Part shown: piece by piece, positions 37,521 to 48,210 of the stretch
How the letters are laid out: each line of letters opens with the position of its first letter
Position numbering within the stretch: the stretch's first letter is position 1
Assembly: GCF_018350175.1 (NCBI RefSeq)
Contig: NC_058369.1
Span: 26,476,001 to 26,540,000, forward strand
From: Felis catus
Lineage: Eukaryota
Direction: 5' to 3'
DNA: 64,000 nucleotides
Notes under the pieces: model-generated
Told to the model about the DNA's origin: nothing
What the model saw: the letters and a program-made list of their open reading frames with translations, nothing else
Databases searched by the model: none
Position numbers and translations under genes: made by a program

Positions 37521-40182
37521 ATGTCCCTCCACAGTCCCCGGTTGTGACCACAGCGTCACCATGGGCCCTTCACAAACTGACTGCTTTGGGGCCTGCTGAT
37601 GGCAGGATTCTCCATGAACATCTGCCACATCGTATACCCCAATATGACCCCGAAGTGTTCCCAAGAGCTCAGGTGCATAAGGAAAAACTCTTGGGTGGGT
37701 CCCCCACACAGCATCTCCATCTGGTTTCTGGCCGAGTTCTGCAGGTTCTGGGTATGACATCCCTTGTGGGACACCCCATGCCCTATCCTAAGCTTCCATG
37801 GGAGCAAGATGTCGCTAAGACCAAGCCAGGCTCTCCCGGCTTCCCTGGGGCACCTTGCTGTTTTCTTTGGTCTTGTCTTAGATTTTAGATGACAGAAGGA
37901 AAGTTCCAGCTCCTTGCCCTTTCCCTACCCCCAGGCCCTGAGATCTGATCGCTCACTTAAACAAAGCCCCTCGTTCATGTCAGCTTAGGAGACACAATGT
38001 TCTGAAAGCAGATCCCTGGGGCCCAGGGAGGGAGCTGCCTTTTTGGATTCCTGCCTTCTCAAAAGCCGGCTTTTGATTTGGCCCCTCCTGCCCCACCTCC
38101 AAGCCCTTTCATGAAGGAAATTAAATTCTTCTGAACTTTAAGGTCGCTCTTCAACCCAGCTCCCAGTGGGACTGGAGCCACCACCAGCTAGTAACTCTAC
38201 CCAACAAGGTGAAGATTTACTCTGGCTTTTGAGCGTCATGGTTTCATCCAGATACTTGAAAAACAAGTCAATTGAGCCGTGGAGCCAGAGGCATCTGGGT
38301 TCAAGGCCTGGTTCTGGCAGTTAATGGCTGTGTGGTCTTGAGCAGTGAGCTCAACCTCTCTGAGTCTGGGTTTTTACCTTGGTGAAGTGGGGACATACAT
38401 ATGTATGTGGCCGGGTTTGTAGTGAGGATTCTGTGGGAGTTCAATGACTGAAAAGCATTCATATTTTTACCTTGGAAGGTCTGAGAGGCCTGGTGACCCC
38501 TGAGACTGCTGAAGCATGTGGAGTGGATTCAGTTCAGCTTATGGGTGTAGGCCAGGGTTGGCTGTGCTGTGCAAGGTCTCTGCAAACCTTTGGCTTCTGG
38601 AGCGTGTGGGAGGAGCCTAAGGCCATCTTGCATTAATATGACTTCCTCTGACCCCTTCAGGGCTGTGAAATGGGGGAGACAACCCAGGCCGGCCTGCAGA
38701 GAGGGGCTATGGCCATCATGTATGTGGGGTCCTGGCACTGCATCCTTTGGGGGATGCGTGTTCTCACCTCCCTGCTTCTCCCTGCCTCATTTTGCCCCCT
38801 AAAGCAGTGAGTTGCACAGCTACCAACCCTGCATTGACAAGGGAGGAGTGTGGAAGCCCAGAAAGGGAGACCGTCTCGTCCAGGGTGGCTCAGGGCCTTG
38901 AGGTGAAGGTTTTTGCTTGCTGGTGGATGAAAATTGGATTAAGAGGATGTGAGTGATGTAAGGAAGGAATGAAAATAATGTCCTGCCCTCTACTGTCCTG
39001 GAAGGATTTGCCCCTCATGGTCTGAGCATGAGGTGAAGCCTGCCATCTTGGTTCCTTCTCCCCTTTTCCTGTCTAGAGGCATTAAAACACATGGGAGTGG
39101 AAAAGAGGCCCAGAGGGGCACTCAGAGGGTGTGGGGAGCAGAGGGGCAGAGGTTGGGGAGAACAGGCTTGGGGTCTGCTCATTCGGCTACCAGCAGACTT
39201 TCTCTTGGTGATTTTCATCTCTTGTGTCTTTGTCTCCCTTTCTCCCTCTCTATCTCTCTTTCTCTTGCTTTGTTCTCAGCTGTTTTGAATACTTGAGCAA
39301 AAGAAAGGAGAGAAAAAAAAATATTCTCCTTGATCAAAGAGGCTGAGGAAGATCCATAGTTGGTTTTTGGGGGGAGGGTGTTGCTATAAGGAAGTAGAGG
39401 GGTAGGTGGGGCAGTGGTGAGTTAGGGCCTCACTTGACCCAGGCCCATGGCAGGTCCCAACCCCAGAATCAGGGGTCAGGGCACTGTGCTAGGCTCAGGA
39501 AGAGTGGCTGCAAACCAGAAGATTCTTTCAGTTCCTGGATGCACCATGCCTCTTATACCTCTAGGCCTTGGCAGGTCCTACTGTGTCCCTGGACATGTCT
39601 CCTGGCTCCCAGGCCTGCTTATCCCTTCTTCATTCTTTGGATCACAGCTTGGGCCTCTGGGAGCTTCCCTGGCCTCTTCTTGCTTTGTGGACCTCCTTCT
39701 GTACCCCAGCTCCTCTGTGTTTTCCTTATCAGGGCACCCAGTACCTGCTCTGTCATCACCACTGACTTATTTCTCTCTTGCTGGGCTGTGCAGGGACGGG
39801 GCCAGAGTCTTATTCACTGGTCTGTCTCTGGCGCCTGGGATCCTGGTACCCAGTGGTGCCCAGTCAGTGCTTGTTGGATGAAAGGTGAAAAAAATGGTTG
39901 GATGAATGGTGAAAAATCCCAATGAGGGATTTTGCATTTGGCCAGGAAGTTGTGCAGGTGGAAAATCTGTGTGTGTGTGGAGGGGGGGGGCAGCTGGAGG
40001 CAAGGTGGTGAATGTGGGAATTTGGGTCAGAGTCTTAAAGCTCTTGGAAGGTAAGAAGGGGATGTATGGGAGAAATTGAGGGACTCAGTCTATGTCCTTC
40101 CTCTCAGCCTGAGTTCTGTGTGGATCCTTCCATGAATTTGGCCTTCAGCCCCACCATGGAGTTACCCCTATGGAGACCCAGC

Positions 40183-40187
<5 letters not shown>

Positions 40188-40228
<41 letters not shown>
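40188..40228. repeat. (TC)n microsatellite
   Basis: Seen directly. Confidence 0.95.
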
Positions 40229-40233
<5 letters not shown>

Positions 40234-43200
40234 CCTTCCTCAATCTCTTGGGTACTTATTATCTGCTAGGTGCTGGGGACACAACTGTGAGCCACAAAGT
40301 CAAACACAGTCTCCCTCCTTGGGGAAATCACAGAACTAAATCCGAGATTACAGCCTTGATCAGTGTGGTGGGGAGAGCGTGGGGAGCATAATGGGATTTG
40401 CCCTAGTCTGGGGAACTCAGGGGGAGTGGTGGTGCCATGGGGTGTCTGAGGGAGCTTTACCCCCTTCTAATCTCTCTGGCCCCTTCCCAGCACCGCTGGC
40501 GATCCTCCAGGCTTGGCGAAACCTGCAGCCCGTTCCTGCGGATACGGCTCTGAGACAGGCTTACTCTGGCATCCTCGTCTTAGCCTCCAGCCCTGCATAG
40601 ACATTAGAGATCCACTCGGGCCAGGCTTCCGAGGAGAAGCGTCAGCTGAGCTGGCATCTTCCTTTCTTTCTCCTTCAATGTCTTTCCCCCATAAGCTGGG
40701 CTTCCTGCCATAAGGATGGACAGGAGAAGTTTTAGTCTTGGAAGAGGTGATTGCAGGACTGTAAGTGATGGCACTGTGCAATCACAAAGCAGCATTCTTT
40801 CCTCTGGGCAGACCTAGCCAACACCTGGGTACCAGGATCTGCTGGTAGAGAGTGGACTGGATTCCACCCCTGCTCACCCATCCACTCATTGCTTTTGTGC
40901 ACTGCCCAGCCTGTGCATCTGTTCGAGGCAGCCCGGGGCATTCAGCTTCTGAATTCCATCTTGGCTTGGGGAAGCCAAGGGCAGAGGAGGAGGAAAGCCC
41001 CATAGGGAGGCCTCAGGGAACAGGAAAACTGCCCTTTCCCTGTCTCCAAAGGTCACTGTGCCTACTTTCAAATGCCCCTTTCAGTTGTTGCCAGTACATA
41101 GCCCTACAGCTCCCAGACCTGGCCCTGTGTCCTTGGGCTTTCCCAGGGAAGAAATTTCAGCTCCAACTTTTTCAAGGGTCCCAGGCCAGGCTATTCTGAG
41201 AGTAGAGGATGAGGTGGAGAGGACAGTTCACAGTGGAGGGGAGCACGGGGTGCTTACCGGTTTGCTCAGGCTGGGAAGGAAAACATTCAGGGGCTTTCAG
41301 ATCCAGGGGGTGAACAGATGGAGTAAAAGGGGGAGCCTGGACCTGAATGACAAAGTCCAGGGTTTGGCAAGCTGCTCACAATGGCGGCATTTGTGCTAGT
41401 GCCTAATCCCAGAGCCCCCGGGAGTGTGCCCTGCATGCCCAGATGAAGCCCCAGCTCCCATCAGGGAAGCGGTCAGAGGCGGTGGGCAGGGGTGGGGGGG
41501 GGCGCATGGCATGGCACGGGCAGCGGGCAGTGAGAGCCTTCTAACGAGGTCCTCCGGCCCCACTGAGCGGCACCGGGGAGAGGAGCCATCCATCATCGGT
41601 GGGGATAATTGTTCAGGGAGCCAGTGGGGCCCGGCCAGATGTGCGCCTTTCGGACTCCATAAGAACGAACACTCCCTTTCAGGCCATTTATCAAATTTAG
41701 CTGGATCTCTCCTCTTTTATTCCTTTTGTTTCAGTCAAGGAAACTTCCTTCTAATGAAGACGAATACAAAGCAACGAGTGACTTGGCAAATATCAACAGT
41801 CAGAATGTAGGATTTGTTCAGTGAAAAACCTGGGTCGTGCTGAGTTTGGAGACATGTCTTGCAGCATGCTGAGTGTTGAGGGCTTCAAGGGGTTCCACTG
41901 TGGGTCTGGGGGCACAGCCAGCCCCCTCTCTGCTGAAGCTCCACCTTCAGCTTCCAGAGCAAGGGTACCATTGTGTGCCACCGTTTCTGACACCGACTCT
42001 GTGCCAGGCACCTCTGCTCATCCTAGTGTGGAAGGGGAAATCATGATCCCATTTAGCAGATGAGGAGACTGAGGCTCGGAGAGGTTAAGCAGGTGGCCCT
42101 GACAGGGGTCCCAGGTGGGATTCGAACCCTGTTCTTCCTGCTCCAGAGCCCACCTTCACACACGCCAGCAGTGGGGTTCAGTGGTCAAGGCTCCTTAGAC
42201 TGCCTGCTTCAAATCTCGACTCCACTGCTTACTGGCTGGGTGACCTCGAGCCTCTCATTTAATCTCCTTTAATCTCTCTGTGCCTCTGATTGTTTGAGTA
42301 ATGAACGTATCCACCTCAAAGAGCTGTGGGCATACTGAATGAGAATCTTTGCCGAAGCGCAATGCACATGGGCTGTTATGAGTAACGTTTTCTTTTTAGT
42401 ATCAGGGTATCATTTAGTATCTGTATTTAGCATTGGGCGCTTTAAGGGTAGAAGTAGGATCATGCCTGGGGTGCTGGACTTGTGTGGGGACTGCCTGTAA
42501 GAGCTTGTGGGCCTGTGCCCTTCCTGGGGGAGGGGCACTGGCTGCTGAGTGGAGGCTGAGGACGGAGTGCCCAGACCCCGGTCGTCTGGTGTCTGAGGGC
42601 CGTGAGAGTTGCTGTGAGGGCAGGTATGCCTTTCCCTCCTTGGCCCAGCTCCCGGCACAGGTGCCCAGTTGATGGGTGTTTATGGGAGGCTGGGCTGGGA
42701 GCCAATGAAGATGGGGCAGACAGTTATATACCAGGAGAGAGTGCTCTAAGTGGGCAGGGGTCATCTCCAAGGGGCGGCCCGATCCTGCCCTGCATGGTGA
42801 GGGGGAAGGAGACCCACTGCCTTCCTGTGTGCTTCTGGGGCTGGGCCCAGAGCTGCCAGGCCTTGTGGGAATGGTCTGACCCTGGCTGCATGGCCCTGGC
42901 AAGTCCTCCCGCTCTCTCAGCCTCAGTCTTCCCAGCTGTACAATGGGGAGAGGCTTGGAGCACATCACCAGGGGTTTTCCAGAGCTGTTATTTTATAACT
43001 GTGAGTAAGCCACCAGTGTGGGAGGGGTCTGAGAAGCCCCCAGGGACAGCAGGGTGACCTTTATAGGACAGGCCAGTGGGTGCTGGACATCATGTTCTGC
43101 ACGGCTGGGCCTGTCATAGACATCCCACAGAGGCAGCTGGGCTGTTTGCCTCCAGAAATGGAGACAGAAGTAGGCATATGGGGGGTTTGGTGGGGTGATC

Positions 43201-44824
43201 CATGGTTGGGGGAGCCCCACAAAGGGCCTGGCCTGGGCATGCTCATAACCTATGCTCCAGGCCAGCTCTACCACTGACCAGCTGGGGGAAGTTATGTTTG
43301 CTCATGACTCAGTTTTTTCATCTGCTGTTGGGTGTGATATTAATGCCCTCATTGGCTCAAAGGGAGGACACAGGTGTGAGAGGATCAAACTCAGAGAAGA
43401 GACAATGTTGACTGAGCACCTATTTTGTCCCAGGCATGATATCATTTAGTTTTATGACAATGTGAGAAGGATTATTATCTTTAGTTTATCGAGGCAGAAT
43501 CTAAGGCTCAGAGAAGTGTATTGTCTTGTCCAAGGTCATAGAGCACGCGGAGGAACTGACTGAGGTCTGTCCGACCCCAAAGCCCATGTTCCCAATCACT
43601 ATGCTCTTGCTGCCTTCTCCCCGGAAGGCCTTTTCCCTGCAGGGCCGGAGAAGGAGCTGGGCTCAGGGTAGGCATGGCTTTCAATGTGGGGGCTAGTCCT
43701 GGCTGACTGGTGGGGGAGTCCTGGGATGCTGTGCTGAGGGGGATTTTGAGGCTGTCTACACTTAGTGGGAAAGGGTACAGGGATCCATTGGTGATGTCTG
43801 TCACGGGTGGGGGAAGAGAGGATGGCAATACGTGAGCTGTATTTGCCGTTGCTGCACGGGACCTTGCCAGGGTCTTTTCTAGGCCTGGAAGGCTATTCTC
43901 CAAGGTGACTCTCAGCACAGGTAAGATCTAGAGGCTGAGCTCATTCCCCCTTGGGAAAGGAGAGGAGCTGGAAGACTGTTCCTGAAAGAGGGGATGGGTG
44001 GGGCCAGGGCGCAAAGCGTGGCTGGGATGGCCGCTCTGGGCTGCTCAGATAATCTACCTGTCCTAACTGCGGGCTGGCTCGAGGGAACACTACGGGAGGG
44101 AGAAGGGACAGCCACAGGACATCAACCTTGTAGGATAATGCTGCTGGGGGTGCTGAGGGGCGGCAGGAGCTCCCAGGTCTGACTGCTTCTGAAGCGAAGG
44201 AGGTGGGAAGCAGAGGCTGGCACTAGGAGGCCCCAGGGGGTTATCTAACCCAACACTCATTTTCCAGATGGGGAAACTGAGGTCCAGAAAGGCTTCCTCC
44301 ATCAGGTCCATGATGTGTTTTACTTTAAATTTGAAAAATGTGGCATGGGCTGGGTTGGCAGAAAATTTGGAGCCAAGCACAACCATGAGCTGTTTGAGGA
44401 TTAGAGCCCCTGTTTACTGGGCCCTCTGGGTGTTAGGCAGTGTGCTAAGCACTTTATAGGTATCAGGTCATGGAACTTCCCAGGAGGTGGGGACTGGCCC
44501 TACTTTACAGGTGAGGAGCTGAGATCCAGAGGGGTTCAGCTCCTTGGCGCAGTGGGTAGATGGGGGAGCTGGGACTGGGCTGCCTGACCACACCATTGCG
44601 ATCACTGTCCTGGACAACGTGGGCTGAAAGCATGCAGGAGAATCCCCAGGGAGCCCTGCCTCCCCTTCTCCTCCATCCAGGAGGTCTGGGCCGGCCCCAA
44701 GAAGGCTTGTGGAACAAGCCCCCTCCCACGCCCCATCTCTAATGCAGACCACATTTTCAGAAACACGCATAGGCTATGCTGTCTACAGATCCCCTACTGG
44801 GAGCTCAGATGTAGAAGGTGATGC

Positions 44825-44925
44825 ATAATAATATGAAGAGAATTCTATAATAATATATAATAATAATAATATATAATATAATAAATATATATGTATATAT
44901 GTATAATTCATTTAATTCATTTAAT
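44825..44925. repeat. AT-rich low-complexity tract
   Basis: taa/tata repeats. Confidence 0.85.
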
Positions 44926-45320
44926 ATTTCACTGAGGTAGTGACTATTGTCCCCATGGGGAAGTGAGTTACAGAAAGCTTTGATACCTTGCCCACAGACA
45001 CTCCCTGGTGCATGGGGAGGGGTGGCCACAGAGCCTGTATGTAGGAAAGCAGAGAGGCATATGTATAAGACCAGAGAGCCCGTGAGATTGGGCAGCCCCA
45101 GGTCTATTCCAGAGACGGAGAGATCAGATGGCTTTGTCTTAAGCCCCAGCCAGGTTTCTAGATGCAAATCTTGGCTGTGAGCTCAGAGAGGGATGCCGGG
45201 GGGCAGTGGCTGGGTGAGGCCCCCCAGAGCCGGTGGGTAGGTGGGTGAGGGCTCCCACTTGGTAAATGCAGTCTCCCTCCCCACGTTCAGGGACCCAACA
45301 GGACCCTTGGGGGCTCTTAC

Positions 45321-45344
45321 CTTCTTCCCCTGGACTGTTCCCAT
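45321..45344 (-). CDS. FAM107A: FAM107A distal alternative first exon, coding part MGTVQGKK
   Basis: Minus strand tgtgccATG GGA ACA GTC CAG GGG AAG AAG|gtaaga: strong Kozak (gccATGG) and donor. Resembles the recalled N-terminus of the long human FAM107A isoform (MGAAQGKKK..). In frame with exon 15442-15505. Confidence 0.75.
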
Positions 45345-45694
45345 GGCACAAAGTAGGCACCAGGCCTGGGTGGGCCTCGGGGGCCAGGCTGGGGGTCCTC
45401 CCTGCTGATGTTGATCTCAGGAGCCAGGGCCCAAGGGGTTCCCCGGGCCAGGGCCCCCTGTCCTCTCGCGGCTCATTCTCCTCAGGCACAAAGGAGGCTT
45501 TCACAGCTGTTCCTAAGCCCAGAGCTCCTCAGACAGGCTTAGAGTGATTGATCCTGTCAGAGGCGCACGGTGTCCGCATGTGGCCCACACGTCCTGTGGT
45601 CCCTGTAGCTCCTCACTTCCTGCGCCCCTGCCTCTCTCAGAAAGGGAAACTGAGGCATCCAGGGTTGGGGGGAGAAGCAAAGCAGTCCTCTCAC

Positions 45695-45860
45695 CATGCA
45701 GCCGGCAGCTTGGGTGCGGAGGGTGACCTCTGGCTGGCCTAGCAGGCAGGACTTGGCCTTCTTGCCAGGCCGGGCACCAATCCGCAGACAGGGCCCAGAC
45801 AGTGGAGACTGTGTGGGACAGCTGGGGCATGGGGCTCAGGGCAGGCTTGTGTGGGCACGT
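45695..45860 (-). other. Candidate additional distal first exon of FAM107A
   Basis: Donor GCATG|gtgaga at 45695/45694, a TATA-like TTATTAAT at ~45891-45884 on minus, and GC-rich unique sequence. Confidence 0.3.
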
Positions 45861-46222
45861 AAACCTCGGGCTGGACAGCCCCATTAATAAGACACTTGGG
45901 GGCAAGGGCTGTCCCAGAGCAGAGACTCTGAGAGCAGAGCACTTCATTCAACAGGACAGTTATCCAGGCGGGGAGGGGAGGGGGGAGGGCTGGTCTGGGC
46001 TCAGGCCAGGAAAATATCTGGAGGCTGGATTCCAGGCCCAAGGCCAAGTTCTCCAAGTTACCCCAGCAGTCACCCTCCTTCTCACTTGCTACCACCTTCC
46101 TTTTTATCGCCAGCATGGGGTGAAGTTAAGGCCAGAATCACTTTGGGCTTCTGTCCTAGCTCGCTCTTCACAGTTGTGTGACCCAAGGGGGCATGATTTG
46201 ACCTCTGGGAACCTCAGTTTCT

Positions 46223-46224
<2 letters not shown>

Positions 46225-46257
<33 letters not shown>
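46225..46257. repeat. (GT)n microsatellite inside a MIR
   Basis: Seen directly. Confidence 0.95.
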
Positions 46258-46259
<2 letters not shown>

Positions 46260-48144
46260 CCTATAATCACACTGCACAGTGTTGCTCTGAGGGCCAAAAG
46301 AGGTAGGTGTGTACAGCCAAAGCCATTGTTCTGTTAAAACAAATCAGATGATGTCATTCCTGTTTTATCGTCTCCCACTTGACCGAAGAAGGATATCCAC
46401 TGCCCCACCCCATGGGGCAGTAAGGATGAAATCTGGTGACTTGTGTAAAGCTCCAAGCAGAGGATGTGGACAATAGCAATTCTCCAGAGAAGTTTGGTGC
46501 TGCTGTTATAATGCTGTTAATAACACTGATGATAAAATCACTGCCTATTGGCAAGTCCCAGGTAACCAGTTTGATTAAGCCTAACACCCTTTCTTAAGAG
46601 GTGGCTGGGCAGGGAAAACCTTGCCACCTTCACTTTGCTCTAGTATGGTGCCTCACTGGGAAGTGGTGATGACTTATGACACAGATGATTTATGAAATGG
46701 TAGTTGGCAGTGAAGGCTCAAGGATTAGGCATTCTAGACCCAGCTTTGCCCACAGAATGAAATTCCCCGTGGCCTAAAGTTCTGATCTATCAAGTTTTTC
46801 TTGCTTTTTGGACATCATTTCCCATTCCCTTTTCTCCCTGACAATTCCTGGATCATACCACCTTTCTCCTCACCCCAGGACCTTTGCACTGGTTGTTCTC
46901 TCTGCCTGGAATGTTTCCCATCTCTCTCCCTCAACTCCATTTTTTAATCCTGCATAATTCTTTTCTTTTTATTCAACAGACTCAATTATCTCCTCCTCAG
47001 ATAAGCCTTCCCTGACCCTCAATGCAAACTAGCTTCCTGGGTTCTCTGTTTATTATTTTTTCATTGTTCAGCTCCTGCACCTGAATGGCAGTTCCACAAA
47101 GCCTGGGACCTGGTCTGTCTTGTTTATTAGTTTACCCCCTGGGTCTAAAATAGAGCTTGGCACATTGCAGTCACTCAATAAATATTGGAGGAGTGGGTGA
47201 ATAAATGATGGAGGATGAAATGAAATAGTCTAAGTACGTAGAGTGCCCAACACAGCCCTGACTCATTGTAAGAGTATTAGTACTGTCCCCTCTAGGCAAG
47301 CAAAAATGTGGCTTCTTCCTTTGCTCCTTCTTCTGGTCCAGCCCCTGCCTCAGCTGCCCCCCGTTCCTTTTCTCCCTGATTCAGTCATGGCTGGCGTACC
47401 GCTTCGGATTTCCTGCAGTACAGAGAGCATTCACGACATTGTAAAGGGCAGTGACTAAACTGGCCGTCAGCCAGAGCAGTAAAAATGCCGTAAGTCAGCC
47501 CTGAAGATCAAACTCCTTTGGCAGCCATCCCATAATTATCTACCAGCTTGGATCTTGGTGGGATGGGAGGAGAGAAAAGGAATTTTACCCGCTTATTAAT
47601 TTTTCCCCATCTGCTTGGAGTCTTGCTGAAATATGACTTATGAGCTGCACTAAAAGCTTGGTTGCCTGGAGGTCTTGATTGGCTGGAGGTCCGAAGCCTG
47701 GCTTCTGGCAAGATGAGGGTCTGAAATGCAACATTTGGACCTCATGCCATGGGCAGGAATGGGGGTGGTGGACCCAGAACCTAGCACAGGTCTTGGCACC
47801 AAGGAGTGCTTGGAATGCAGACACAGATGATTTATGAAAAGACGGTTGGTGTTGCAGGGTCAAGGACAGGGTCTAGATCTGGCTTTGCTTTGTCTCACTG
47901 TGTGGCCTGGGCACAGCTCGTAGCCTCTCCTTCTCCATGTGCAAAATAGGCTGCAAACATCTGTTCCTTCCTGACTCACAATCTTGTAGAGGGGAGCAAG
48001 GCTTACAAAATGTGGGACGGTTTTGAAAAGAGGAGTTGCATATCACTCAGACCGACTCCCTCTTTGTCTCTCAAAGCAATGATGGTGGATTTTGAGAACG
48101 TTGACTCAGAGGTTCTGGGCAATTTTCAAAAGTCTTCAGAGGCA

Positions 48145-48210
48145 TTCAGGAGGAGGAGGAGGAGGAAGGGGAAAAGGAGAAGGAGGAGGGGAGGGAGGAG
48201 GGAGAGAAAA
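48145..48210. repeat. Polypurine (GGA)n-rich tract
   Basis: caggaggaggaggaggaggaaggggaaaaggagaaggaggaggggagggaggagggagagaaaa. Confidence 0.85.

Noticed and set aside
37986..38003. GRE-like GAGACAcaaTGTTCT (FAM107A is glucocorticoid-inducible)
   Set aside because: The left half-site lacks the conserved G. I found no convincing full GRE by eye; a PWM scan is needed.
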